NCBI GenBank assembly: GCA_964421495.1
Contig: CAYQXO010000001.1
Location: 1-63,425 of the forward strand
Origin: an uncultured Balneolaceae bacterium
GTDB lineage: Bacteria > Bacteroidota > Rhodothermia > Balneolales > Balneolaceae
DNA length: 63,425 bases
Reading direction: 5' to 3'
The notes beneath the pieces are model-generated. The model ran no database searches. It was not told where the DNA came from and saw only the letters and a list, made by a program, of their open reading frames with translations. The translations under genes were made by a program, and so were the position numbers. How positions within the stretch are numbered: the first letter of the stretch is position 1; each line of letters begins with the position of its first letter. Shown here one piece after another: positions 25,870-36,038 of this stretch.

Positions 25870-28800
25870 GGAGTATCAAGGATGCGATTTTCGTATCGTG
25901 GACGCCGATTACCCGGTTTCTTGCGAGTTTTACGTTGTTTCTGAATCCACTCAATAGCTTTTTCCAACTGGGGATCTTGCCCCCTGGCCATACGTGTGGG
26001 ATCATTGATCACTTTTATATCCGGTTCCACCCCGTATCCCTCCCGGAACCATTCTCCTTCCGGAGTGTACATGCGAAAAGTGGGTACGGTGATGGTACTT
26101 CCATCGATTAAATGGGGAACTCCCGTTATGCCGATGAGTCCGCCCCAGGTTCGGGTACCGATCAGGGGACCGAGGTCCTGTTGTTTGAAGTAGAACGGAA
26201 AAGCATCACCGCCGGATCCGCTCCATCCGTTGATAAGCATGGTCATGGGACCGGTATGGGTAATAGGCGGCCACTGCCAGTCTCGTCCGTCACGTACCGC
26301 CCAATATGACATAATTTTGCGCTGTAAAAGGGCTATGAATCGATCCGGTATTTGCCCACCGCTGTTAAATCGCTCGTCTATGATCAATGCCTCTTTGTTA
26401 TACTGCGCGTTAAATTGCCGAACCAGTTCGTTCTGACCTTCTACGCCGGTATTGGGTACGTATATATAGCCGACATTGCCATTCGTTGCTTCGGCCACTC
26501 GCTTGCGTTTGGACTCCAGCCATTCGTGATACCGTAACTCTTGTTCTGAGGGCAGGGTTTTGATATAAAACGTCTGTGCCTGTCCGGGGTCGGGAATCGA
26601 GTCGGCCTTTAGTTCAACCGTTTTGCCGGCCAGTCCCTCGAAAGAAGCCCAGGGAGCCACAGCGGTATCAAGTTTCATACCATTGACGGCAAATACATAA
26701 TACCCTTCCTCAATTTCAACACCGGGTTGATCCAGGGGAGATCGAGTTTTAACGTCCCACGGAGCTCCGCGGACAATATTTTTGATTCGATAGTACCCCT
26801 CGTCGACCTCCCAGTCTACTCCGAGTAATCCTATATGACTGCTTACCTCTTTCTTCGGATTAACCCCCTTGTTGTAGGTGTGCGAGGCATTTAATTCGGA
26901 AATCATATCACCAATGATATGATTTACGTCCCATCGCGTTGCTGCTTCCTGAATAAGTGGTTTATACTGGTTTTTCACTTTTCCCCAATCCAGGCCGTGC
27001 ATCGTCGGATCATAAAAGAAATCTCTTTCAAAGCGCCAGACATCCATAAATATTTGGGCCCATTCTTTACGAGGATCGACGACCATTTCCATTTGTTCGG
27101 TGGGCATAGGGTCGTCCATCTTCTGGCCGGTTGAAATATCAATAATTTTATAGTCATTGTTGTTCAAGACCAACAATTTTTGTCCGTCACCGGAGACTTT
27201 ATAAAGATCTGTTTCACCGATAATCGTTTTTTCTTCGCGCTGATGCAGGTCAAAATATTTTAAGGGCGAGTTTTTGTTGGTCGATCCCGTACGTGGTAAT
27301 TTACGATATAGCAGTTTTCCGTCGACAGCTTGCGGATTGGCATAATTACCGGGTTTGGGGGGAAGAATGACCATCCGACTTTCAAACTGCTCCAGGTCGA
27401 TATCAATCGGGGCGGCAGAAGAATCATTTTTGGTTCGTATATTATCTTCAGGTTCCGGGGAAGTTACATTGGTATCCCTGTCCACTGTATATTTCCGGGG
27501 AGACAGGGGAGACAATATATTGGAACGAAGCGGCACGGCTGCCAGCTGCATCGTATTGGAATATATCCACGTGTTGTCAATATCACTGTAAGCCGGTTCA
27601 AAATTCCGATGCGTTAGCAGAAATAGATACTCTCCTCTTGAACCGAAGCGGGGTGCCCGGTCGTGGTAATAATCTGAAGTAGCCTGGTACAGGGTGTCAT
27701 TATGAGTGTCATATAAGAAAACGGCGTCATGTCGATTTTCAAGACCGCGGGAATAAGTCAGCCATCGTCCGTAGGGCGACCAATCAATTTTAAAGTTGCG
27801 CAAATCGTTGTGATATCTCCAGAGTCCCTTGTCCACCAGGGTTATTTCCTCGCTCCGGGTATTGTATATTTTTATCTCCATCGCATTATTTATAAAAGCG
27901 AGGTGCTTGCTGTCGGGACTCCAGAAAATATTATAGCGGTAACCCACCCCGAAATCGGAAATTTTCACTTCGGTTCCGAGTCCCCGGTTACCTCTTAAAA
28001 ATAACTCGTACTCCGAATCACGATCGCTCCAGTAGGCTATTTTGGTTCCATCCGGAGACCAGGCGGGATTGCGTTCAGCAATACCCGGGGTATTGGTTAA
28101 GTTGCGTACGGGGCCTTGTTGTGCGGGAACGGAAAAAATATCTCCCCGTGCTTCAAAAACGGCCCGGCTGCCGTGGGGAGAAATGGATATGTTTTGAATA
28201 AGGTGATCCACTTGTTTTATATGGCGTTGAACCTGACGCTGATCCGTTACGAGTTCAATGTCGACCGGCCGGTAATCTTCGGTTTTCAAATCGAGGAGGT
28301 ACAATTGGTTTCGGGCATGAAATATCAAATCGGAAGGTCCGATGGCGGGAAAGTTGACGTCGGATTCCCGAAAATGTGTGACCTGCCGGAATGTATCGCT
28401 TTGCCGCTCGTAAGCCCAGATATTGTATACCCCGCTGGGACCGCGATCAGACAGAAAATAGAGCGTTTTTCCATGCCACATGGGATGGGCATCGTTTGCG
28501 GGACTGTCGGTGATATTTTTCGAAGTACTGTCTCGCAGATTGAACTGCCAGATATCGGAAACCCGGCCGCCGCGATATCTTTTCCAATTGTGATATAAAC
28601 TACTTTTGGGCATATAGGCCAGAAGGTCATTCTCCGGAGAAATAGCACCGAATTCGCCGTAGGGTACGGGAAGTTTATGGGGAAGTCCCCCGCTTCTGGC
28701 TACCCGATATAGTTGATTGACCGGTTTATTACCACTTTTCATTGGGGAAGCGAAAAGGATGGAGTCTCCGGAGGGGTACCAGTCTAGCATTCGCTCGGTT

Positions 28801-29132
28801 TGGGGATGATAGGTAATCCGTTTTGGCTTTCCTCCCAGGGTGGGTATTACATAGATTTCTGTATTACCATGATAATTAGCGCTGTATGCGATTGAATTTC
28901 CATCCGGCGAGAACCGGGGAAATTTCTCCGTTCCCCGCGGTGAGCTCAGTCGGTGAGCGTTTCCTCCCTTTTTATCGACGATCCATATGTCTCTGGCATA
29001 TTCAAAGGTAATTTTGGATTCAGAAACATCGGGGTAACGCATCAGACGGGCATCTATCTGAGCTGCCGTATAGAGAGGGAAGAGGAGAAACAGCAGAATA
29101 GTGAAATGATGAAGGAATCGACAATTAGACAT
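25866..29132 (-). CDS. Tricorn-protease-like S41 family peptidase (beta-propellers, PDZ-like and S41 domains), secreted
   Basis: ATG start and signal peptide. The N-terminus is tricorn/TolB-like (RYPDVSESKITFEYARDIWIVDKKGG...FSPDGNSIAY). Repeated SPDG propeller motifs are followed by a C-terminal S41-like region (GWSGSGGDAFPFYFK). Length is 1088 aa. Confidence 0.75.
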   Translation of the reverse strand: MSNCRFLHHFTILLFLLFPLYTAAQIDARLMRYPDVSESKITFEYARDIWIVDKKGGNAHRLSSPRGTEKFPRFSPDGNSIAYSANYHGNTEIYVIPTLGGKPKRITYHPQTERMLDWYPSGDSILFASPMKSGNKPVNQLYRVARSGGLPHKLPVPYGEFGAISPENDLLAYMPKSSLYHNWKRYRGGRVSDIWQFNLRDSTSKNITDSPANDAHPMWHGKTLYFLSDRGPSGVYNIWAYERQSDTFRQVTHFRESDVNFPAIGPSDLIFHARNQLYLLDLKTEDYRPVDIELVTDQRQVQRHIKQVDHLIQNISISPHGSRAVFEARGDIFSVPAQQGPVRNLTNTPGIAERNPAWSPDGTKIAYWSDRDSEYELFLRGNRGLGTEVKISDFGVGYRYNIFWSPDSKHLAFINNAMEIKIYNTRSEEITLVDKGLWRYHNDLRNFKIDWSPYGRWLTYSRGLENRHDAVFLYDTHNDTLYQATSDYYHDRAPRFGSRGEYLFLLTHRNFEPAYSDIDNTWIYSNTMQLAAVPLRSNILSPLSPRKYTVDRDTNVTSPEPEDNIRTKNDSSAAPIDIDLEQFESRMVILPPKPGNYANPQAVDGKLLYRKLPRTGSTNKNSPLKYFDLHQREEKTIIGETDLYKVSGDGQKLLVLNNNDYKIIDISTGQKMDDPMPTEQMEMVVDPRKEWAQIFMDVWRFERDFFYDPTMHGLDWGKVKNQYKPLIQEAATRWDVNHIIGDMISELNASHTYNKGVNPKKEVSSHIGLLGVDWEVDEGYYRIKNIVRGAPWDVKTRSPLDQPGVEIEEGYYVFAVNGMKLDTAVAPWASFEGLAGKTVELKADSIPDPGQAQTFYIKTLPSEQELRYHEWLESKRKRVAEATNGNVGYIYVPNTGVEGQNELVRQFNAQYNKEALIIDERFNSGGQIPDRFIALLQRKIMSYWAVRDGRDWQWPPITHTGPMTMLINGWSGSGGDAFPFYFKQQDLGPLIGTRTWGGLIGITGVPHLIDGSTITVPTFRMYTPEGEWFREGYGVEPDIKVINDPTRMARGQDPQLEKAIEWIQKQRKTRKKPGNRRPRYENRILDTP

Positions 29133-29234
29133 GGAACACGCAAATGTTAAAAGTTCAACCGTTTCAGATGTTCATTCAAAGTAAAATAGTTAAATCAGGA
29201 TCAATGTTTTACCAGGGAGGGTACTGGAAAGGAT

Positions 29235-30392
29235 TTATTTGGAATCCACCGGATGTCCGTAAATACTCATTATTTCCATCACTTCGGACGCCGGGAGCGC
29301 CTTGACGGTATGTCCCTTGAATCCCTGCAGATCGGTAGCTGCGAAAAGGCTGTTGATGATGGCTTCTTCCGTGGCTTCAATTGCAGCCATAAACAGGGGA
29401 GAGATAACGTCGTTACGCAGTACCTTTATTTCCCGTTTATTGGAGTCGCTGGATGCACTCATTCGCAGGTCGGGATGCGTGGAAAACGCGATTACATAAT
29501 CACCGCTCCCGTTTGATGCGATGCCGCCCGTGCGTGCAAGGCCAAAGGTAGCCCGCTTGGCCAGCCGTTCAAGGTTTCTGGATTTCATTGGAGCATCCGT
29601 GGCAACTATTATCATGCAGGATCCACCCGGATCACGATCGTAAGAATTGTTCAGGTAATGTTTGTTCAGCTCTTCTCCAACGGGCACTCCATCCACGCGG
29701 AGAACCCCTCCAAAGTTGGATTGAACCAGAACTCCGACTCGATATCCCCCGTATTCTTCCGGAATCACGCGCGATGCTGTACCGATCCCCCCTTTGAAAC
29801 CGAAAGCTATGGTACCCGTACCGGCCCCTACAACACCCTGTTTAACATTTCCGGTATCAGCCCGGTAAATAGCTTTCAGTATGTGTTGTTCCTGGATGTG
29901 CCGACCTCTTATGTCATTCAGCCACCCATCGTTGGTTTCTCCGACCACGGGATTGACCGAGCGAACCTGGCTATTTCCAGGTTGCTCCAGCGTATAGGTG
30001 ATTAATGCGTCGGCGGCCGTCGGTACACTTAGTGTATTGGTCAGAACGATAGGGGTTTCGAGTTGCCCCAATTCCCTTATCTGGGTCGTTCCGGTTAATT
30101 TGCCAAATCCATTGCTGACGTGAACGGCGGCTGGAATTTTTTGCTGATAGATATTCCCGGAATGGGGGAGGATAGCGGTAACGCCTGTACGGACCGAATC
30201 GCCCTGTTGGAGCGTAACCTGACCTACTTTAACACCCGGTATATCGGTAATGGAATTGAGGGATCCTGTTTTCATAATCCCCAGTTCTATACCGTAACCG
30301 CGGGGTTTTTTCCGTTGTGCGTGGCCGGGGTCGCAAATTCCTATTATAAATGCTAACACCAGAATATACGTTACGGGATAAAGCTTATTCAT
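29235..30392 (-). CDS. DmpA/S58 (P1) family aminopeptidase-like protein, secreted
   Basis: ATG start and signal peptide. The N-terminal motif is NSITDIPGVKVGQVT...GVTAILP, with Gly-rich autoprocessing-family motifs further in. Confidence 0.7.
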   Translation of the reverse strand: MNKLYPVTYILVLAFIIGICDPGHAQRKKPRGYGIELGIMKTGSLNSITDIPGVKVGQVTLQQGDSVRTGVTAILPHSGNIYQQKIPAAVHVSNGFGKLTGTTQIRELGQLETPIVLTNTLSVPTAADALITYTLEQPGNSQVRSVNPVVGETNDGWLNDIRGRHIQEQHILKAIYRADTGNVKQGVVGAGTGTIAFGFKGGIGTASRVIPEEYGGYRVGVLVQSNFGGVLRVDGVPVGEELNKHYLNNSYDRDPGGSCMIIVATDAPMKSRNLERLAKRATFGLARTGGIASNGSGDYVIAFSTHPDLRMSASSDSNKREIKVLRNDVISPLFMAAIEATEEAIINSLFAATDLQGFKGHTVKALPASEVMEIMSIYGHPVDSK

Positions 30393-30629
30393 GTAAAACC
30401 GAAATACTTTCGATTAATATTAGTCACTGTGGCTTTTTCCGGGCTTTTCGCTACAGGAACCTATGCAGGTATGAAATTACCTGTTGTAAAAACATTCTCA
30501 GAGGAAGTCCAAAGAGCGAAAATCGTTTACAAACAATAACCTGTAGAGTTTACGTATATATAAGCCTGCGGCAGCCTCTTGCATTAGTTAACGAGCAGTC
30601 ACCTTGATATGGATGCAGTATAGCAACTA

Positions 30630-31886
30630 TTAATTATTATGAAAAGATTTTTCCACCAAATCCAGTATGCAGTTTAATGAAAGGCTGCTTTTTTCTATTC
30701 TGCGGCCATTAATATATAGCGTTGGAATATGATCTATTTCCAGGGTTCTGGCTTTTTCCTTTTCCATATAAATTCGTGACCGGATTAGCTCTGCCGATTT
30801 TGTTCCTTCCAGCAAGTCTATTTTGAGGCCTGCTTTGCGAGCGCTTTGTTGCAATAATTTTTCACCGGTCAGTCCCTCTTGCTTAAAATCGAGAAGTAAC
30901 TCGAGAAACTCCATGAACTTATCTTCCTGTGATGCTGCATATAATGCACTGACAGCGGGTATGGAAGCGGACGAAAGGGCGACTGGCTTATAGGCGATTT
31001 CAAGTTGGTTGGCCCATTGATCCAGCAGAGAGTCGGTAAAGTTGATCATTGGTTGTGTAGACGGGTGCAGCGGATCAAAATAAAGGATGAGCGACGTACT
31101 ACTTTGTCGCGTACCCTGGAGGGGATCATAAAAGCTGATTAACCCTTTTTGCGACTTATCGTGGTTCGCATCGCGATACCCGCACTCCGAAGGTACAGTG
31201 GCAGGAAGGGATATTGACGTTGCCGAACGTAATAATAGAGAATCGGACCTGATAGTTGAATTCTGGTCAGAGGTGGAAGGCGGGGGCGTTTGATAGTTTG
31301 CCAGCAGTAAATCCGCACCTCCCAGTGCTACAATGGCAACGGCCAGGATGATGCGAATTTTTATTTCCCGCGCAAAAGAGTAGGACGGAGGATGCATGGC
31401 CTCCTTCTTGCTGGCGAAGAAACGAGCCCATTCCAGGATTACCAGCAGTGTTATTATGGAGGCCGATATTAAGCATAACAGGCAGTATTCACCTAATACT
31501 CCATATTGGTAATATACCAGATATCCGGCATATATGAAGGCGAGGGACAATCCTCCTGTAATGGTGAGATTCAGCGCAAACCGAATCTTTTTAACTCTAT
31601 ACATACGCAAAAATAACAGAACAGCGAGCAATAAATAAAAGGCTAGCCCAAGGAATGTATTGCTTATCCCGATCAAACTGCCCGCTTCGCTTTCCACTAC
31701 CTGTTTGCAGTTGAAAGACTGTTCGATGGCAGCATCCAAAAAACCGAGACATCCTTTGTTAAAACCAAAGGTTCTCTGCACGTAAAGATGAACGGTATCC
31801 AGAATACCCAGAAGGGCCAGGCCGTACATCGACCGGTTAATATACCTCAAAATAGGGATCTGCCAATCTATAGAGGGTCGGTTCAT
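30630..31886 (-). CDS. VKOR-family quinone reductase fused to a DsbA/thioredoxin-like domain that lacks CXXC
   Basis: The VKOR part has loop cysteines (KGCLGF, FNCKQV) and the active-site CLLC in a TM helix. The C-terminal Trx-like fold has LHPS where CXXC is expected (LILYFDPLHPST). The cis-Pro region IPTLYINGRRI is retained. Confidence 0.7.
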   Translation of the reverse strand: MNRPSIDWQIPILRYINRSMYGLALLGILDTVHLYVQRTFGFNKGCLGFLDAAIEQSFNCKQVVESEAGSLIGISNTFLGLAFYLLLAVLLFLRMYRVKKIRFALNLTITGGLSLAFIYAGYLVYYQYGVLGEYCLLCLISASIITLLVILEWARFFASKKEAMHPPSYSFAREIKIRIILAVAIVALGGADLLLANYQTPPPSTSDQNSTIRSDSLLLRSATSISLPATVPSECGYRDANHDKSQKGLISFYDPLQGTRQSSTSLILYFDPLHPSTQPMINFTDSLLDQWANQLEIAYKPVALSSASIPAVSALYAASQEDKFMEFLELLLDFKQEGLTGEKLLQQSARKAGLKIDLLEGTKSAELIRSRIYMEKEKARTLEIDHIPTLYINGRRIEKSSLSLNCILDLVEKSFHNN

Positions 31887-31887
31887 C

Positions 31888-32223
31888 CTATTTACCTTGC
31901 CTGCTTCGGATTTTTCGTTGCGATGCCCAGGATACTATCCAGATTCCAACCCATATGCTTCCTGTAAACCACCATTTAAAGCTAAACAGGGCGGCCACGT
32001 TTACAGCATAGAGAATATGCGATATCCACTCGGGGGCTTCGGTTTTAACCTTGTGCAGCATACGGAGGTGCTGTTCACCGAAGTAAACGATGGTTTTGGC
32101 CACGATCATCAGTAGCGAGTAGCCGAAGACCACTCCCGTGAGAATTTCATTATTCACGATCACGGCAACTATGATAACCGTAGTCACGACGAGGTCGGTT
32201 ATAATATCTTTAATCCATCCCAT
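31888..32223 (-). CDS. Small multi-pass membrane protein, function unknown
   Basis: The first ATG gives MGWIKDIITDLVV. The listed TTG start at 32307 is less likely. The stop lies 1 nt from the VKOR gene start, so the two are probably co-transcribed. Confidence 0.45.
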   Translation of the reverse strand: MGWIKDIITDLVVTTVIIVAVIVNNEILTGVVFGYSLLMIVAKTIVYFGEQHLRMLHKVKTEAPEWISHILYAVNVAALFSFKWWFTGSIWVGIWIVSWASQRKIRSRQGK

Positions 32224-32358
32224 TGAAATCACCGGACTATTTTGATAAAGATCTATACACCGGGTAGTCGCTCGTACAATTCTAACGTTCGACTGACTCC
32301 AGCGCAATTTCTCATTCTAAAATACAAGTTACCATGATTTTCTTCCTGCAAAATGGGC

Positions 32359-34008
32359 TCAATCCCTTTTAAGTTTATTGTATTGGATCCGATGCGGGTG
32401 GTCTTCTTCTCCGAGTCGCTTTTTCCGATTATTTTCATACTCCCGAAAATTGCCCTCAAACCATTTTACCTGGCTGTTTCCTTCAAATGCGAGCATGTGG
32501 GTGGCAATCCGGTCAAGAAACCACCGGTCGTGCGAAATAACCATGGCGCAGCCCGCAAAGTTCAGCAGACCGTCTTCCAGGGCTCGCAGCGTGTTTACAT
32601 CCAGGTCATTGCTGGGTTCGTCAAGCAGCAGGAGATTGGCTCCCTCCCGCAAGGTTTTTGCGAGGTGGACCCGGTTGGCTTCACCTCCAGAAATCTCGGA
32701 GATTTTCTTTTGCTGATCGGATCCGCTGAAATTGAATCGCGCTACATAGGCCCGCGAGTTGAATTCCCGATTCCCCAGTTTAATCGTATCCTTCCCCCCG
32801 GTAATTTCCTCCCATATCGTGTTCTCCTCGTTCAGGGGACGACTTTGATCCGCATAGCCGATTTTTACAGTATCTCCAATGGAAAGCATTCCCGAATCAG
32901 GCTTTTCTTCACCGGTAATCATGCGGAAAAGGGTGGTTTTACCTGCTCCGTTGGGACCAATAATGCCCACAATCCCGCCGCGAGGTAGATCGAATTCCAG
33001 ATTTTCCATCAGCAATTTGTCGTCATAGCCTTTTGCAACCTTTTCGGCTTTAACTACCTCATCTCCCAGGCGTGGTCCCGGTGGAATATAAATTTCAAGA
33101 TCCTGTTCATCCGTACCGTCTTCATATAACTGTTCGTAGGATCCCAGCCGATCACCCCGGGCCGAGTCCTTTCGATTGATCCACTCCAGTTCACGCTGCA
33201 GGGTTTTTCGCCGCACCGAGTTTTTATCCGCGTCTTTTAACAACTGCTTTTTTTGCTCCAGCCAGGAAGCGTAGTTGCCTTTAAACGGAACGCCTTCGCC
33301 CCCTTCCAGCTCCAGTATCCACTTGGCTACATTGTTCAGGAAGTATCGGTCGTGGGTGGCGGCAATGACGGTGCCCTCATAGTTATCCAGGTAATGTTCC
33401 AGCCACTCCACCGTTTCGGCATCCAGGTGGTTGGTTGGCTCGTCGAGCAGCAGCACATCCGGTTCTTTCAGCAAAAGGCGGCACAGGGCCACTCGTCGAC
33501 GTTCGCCGCCGGAAATGACGGAAACAGAGGTCTCAGGCGGGGGACATCGAAGGGCATCCATGGCCATGTCGAGCTTGCTGTCGAGATCCCAGGCATCCTG
33601 CTGCTCAATTTTTTCCTGCAGTTTCGATTGTCGTTCTATCAACGCTTCATAGTCGGCATCCGGCTCCGCAAATTTATTGCTGATTTCCTCATATTCATTC
33701 AGCAGATCAACGGTTTCCTGGACGCCCTCTTCAACAATTTCCCTGACGGTTTTGTCCGGGTCGAGCTCTGGCTCCTGGGGAAGATAGCCGAAATCGATGC
33801 CTTTCTGGACCGATATTTTGCCCTGGTAATCTTCATCCTCGCCGGCTATAATCCGCAAAAGCGTACTTTTACCGGAACCGTTTAATCCGACGACTCCAAT
33901 CTTTGCACCGTAGAAAAAAGAGAGATTAATGTCCTTTAGTACCTGGAGGTCCGGTTTATAGATTTTACCGACCTCATTCATTGAAAAAATTACTTTTTGA
34001 TCTGACAC
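32359..34008 (-). CDS. ettA: Energy-dependent translational throttle protein EttA (ABC-F ATPase)
   Basis: The N-terminus [51 protein letters not shown] resembles EttA. Two ABC cassettes with LSGGE signatures. GTG start. Confidence 0.85.
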   Translation of the reverse strand: MSDQKVIFSMNEVGKIYKPDLQVLKDINLSFFYGAKIGVVGLNGSGKSTLLRIIAGEDEDYQGKISVQKGIDFGYLPQEPELDPDKTVREIVEEGVQETVDLLNEYEEISNKFAEPDADYEALIERQSKLQEKIEQQDAWDLDSKLDMAMDALRCPPPETSVSVISGGERRRVALCRLLLKEPDVLLLDEPTNHLDAETVEWLEHYLDNYEGTVIAATHDRYFLNNVAKWILELEGGEGVPFKGNYASWLEQKKQLLKDADKNSVRRKTLQRELEWINRKDSARGDRLGSYEQLYEDGTDEQDLEIYIPPGPRLGDEVVKAEKVAKGYDDKLLMENLEFDLPRGGIVGIIGPNGAGKTTLFRMITGEEKPDSGMLSIGDTVKIGYADQSRPLNEENTIWEEITGGKDTIKLGNREFNSRAYVARFNFSGSDQQKKISEISGGEANRVHLAKTLREGANLLLLDEPSNDLDVNTLRALEDGLLNFAGCAMVISHDRWFLDRIATHMLAFEGNSQVKWFEGNFREYENNRKKRLGEEDHPHRIQYNKLKRD

Positions 34009-34283
34009 CGTAATAAATATTTATTTAGAATTAGCTGGGAGAATAGAGTATAAGTAATTGTGAGACAGCGGTAAATACTGGATTTGGATTTTCAGATGTC
34101 ATAGGAACTTACCAGTTGTCGCGGTTCAGTCCGGTTTGGTACCTATGTTCGAGAAAACTGGCTGACCTCCTGGTTTTAACGGCGAGTTCGCAGAAGCGTC
34201 AAAAACTTGATGTATGCGATAAACGGGCAAGAGAAACCTGGGAGTGTCGCCTGTAGATGGGGATTATCACGGTACGCGTATGC

Positions 34284-34841
34284 TTAAATTCCGAGAACGG
34301 GACGATCGTCTTCGGGGATCCGGATGGCCGACCGGTGTTTCCGCAGAAAGCGGATAATATTGCCGATGTCCTTTATTTTGAGAGCCATCTTTTCGGGAGC
34401 AATATCTATAAGGGGTCGATAGTCTTTTTCTGCTTCGGAACGATAGACGACAAGGTAGTCTGTCGCAAAGTCATAGAGGGCCTCGTTTTGTCCCGGCGGT
34501 GTGCGTGCCTGGTAGGTAATGGTATCGATCGACTGTAAGGGAATGGAGTATTCGTTGACCGGGTCTTCACCATAAAAAATTTTGATTATGAGATGATCTT
34601 TCAAAATCTGGAAAACCACAGTGTAGATAGGTTGCACGGTTTTATAAATACCCCATATGCCGAGCGTAAAAAGAAATGAGATAATGATAATAAGGGAGTA
34701 TTCCTCGGAAAAGTATCTGCTGTTTTGCAGGGGATCGAAGAGTACCGTGCCCGTTAGCAAACTTAGGATCGTAACGAGTCCCCACACGAAGCGGTAATGG
34801 TTTTCTTCAACCGTCAATTGATTAGGGGCTTCATCTTTCAT
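34284..34841 (-). CDS. Hypothetical membrane protein (two N-terminal TM segments plus a soluble domain)
   Basis: The ATG at 34841 overlaps the upstream stop (TGATG). No motif recognised. Confidence 0.5.
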   Translation of the reverse strand: MKDEAPNQLTVEENHYRFVWGLVTILSLLTGTVLFDPLQNSRYFSEEYSLIIIISFLFTLGIWGIYKTVQPIYTVVFQILKDHLIIKIFYGEDPVNEYSIPLQSIDTITYQARTPPGQNEALYDFATDYLVVYRSEAEKDYRPLIDIAPEKMALKIKDIGNIIRFLRKHRSAIRIPEDDRPVLGI

Positions 34842-35293
34842 CAAACAATGTGGCCGTCGAAGTTCTGCATCATCTGCATACTGTCCATCATATAGCTGAA
34901 AAAGAAAATGATTCCGACGATATAGAGAAGAAATAGTACGATAGAGATAATGATCAGGATCTTGCCTATAAAAAAGAATTTTTGCTGATATCGCAGTCCC
35001 TTTTCCAGGGAAAATTCGTCATGTTCATCCTGGTAGACGGAAAAAGCCCGGGCCCCGTCCCGGAGCCGGATCCCCGCGATTATCATGGGAATTCCAAAAA
35101 TGGCTCCTATGAATGTCAGACAATAAAATGCGCCAATGATAATTGTGAAGATACCGACGAATTTCATGTCCCGGACTAAACGTCGAGTGGTTTCTACCAG
35201 TAATTGACGAGTATATTGATCCTCGGTGCTTTTTGATGAATCAGGGGTGGGCGAAACGGGGTCCGGAGCCTGTTCGGATGATTCGTTGTCCAT
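34841..35293 (-). CDS. Hypothetical small membrane protein (possibly DUF5362-like)
   Basis: ATG start. A polar N-terminus is followed by MKFVGIFTIIIGAFYCLTFIGAIFGIPMIIAGIRL and a second TM pair. Confidence 0.45.
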   Translation of the reverse strand: MDNESSEQAPDPVSPTPDSSKSTEDQYTRQLLVETTRRLVRDMKFVGIFTIIIGAFYCLTFIGAIFGIPMIIAGIRLRDGARAFSVYQDEHDEFSLEKGLRYQQKFFFIGKILIIISIVLFLLYIVGIIFFFSYMMDSMQMMQNFDGHIV

Positions 35294-35408
35294 ATATATT
35301 TAAGTTTTATTGTCGATCGATACGTTTGGCTCTTGTAATGTAAATGACTGTCCCTTAAACTCCAATAGTGCAAACAGGACACCCCATAAAATTAGTGGAA
35401 TTAAGGTC

Positions 35409-36023
35409 ATGGCTGAAAAAAAAGCTACCAACATTACCTGGCATGAAGGATCTGTAAGCAAAAAGGATCGGGAGGATTTACTGGGCCAGCGAGGAGTGAT
35501 TTTGTGGTTTACCGGTTTGTCGGGCTCAGGTAAATCAACGCTGGCGCGTCACGTTGAACATACGCTTACTGGACGAGGTCACCTGGCGTATGTATTGGAC
35601 GGTGATAATATTCGACATGGACTTAACAAGAATCTCGGTTTTACTCCAGAGGATCGAAAGGAGAATATACGTCGTATAGGAGAGGTTGCCCGGCTTTTTG
35701 CAGATGCCGGGATCATAACCATGGCGGCTTTCATATCGCCGTACCAGGAGGATCGCGACCGGATTCGGGGACTTGTGGAAGAGGGAGAATTTCTCGAAAT
35801 ATATGTCAAGGTCCCCCTGGAGGTAGCCGAGCAGCGCGATCCGAAAGGGCTTTATAAAAAGGCGCGTTCCGGGGAAATAGACAATTTTACCGGTATTGAC
35901 GCCCCCTATGAGGAGCCGGAAAATCCCGAAATAGTTATTGAAACGGGCCGTACGGGGTTAAAAGAGAGCGTACAGACGATAGTACGATATCTGGAGAACA
36001 ATAATATAATCGAGGCTGAATAG
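35409..36023 (+). CDS. cysC: Adenylyl-sulfate (APS) kinase
   Basis: MAEKKATNITWHEGSVSKKDRE..., the P-loop WFTGLSGSGKSTLA, and FISPY. The ATG at 35409 is preferred to the listed upstream start at 35310, which adds 33 non-conserved residues. Confidence 0.9.
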   Translation: MAEKKATNITWHEGSVSKKDREDLLGQRGVILWFTGLSGSGKSTLARHVEHTLTGRGHLAYVLDGDNIRHGLNKNLGFTPEDRKENIRRIGEVARLFADAGIITMAAFISPYQEDRDRIRGLVEEGEFLEIYVKVPLEVAEQRDPKGLYKKARSGEIDNFTGIDAPYEEPENPEIVIETGRTGLKESVQTIVRYLENNNIIEAE

Positions 36024-36038
36024 CCCCGCCTAACCTGG

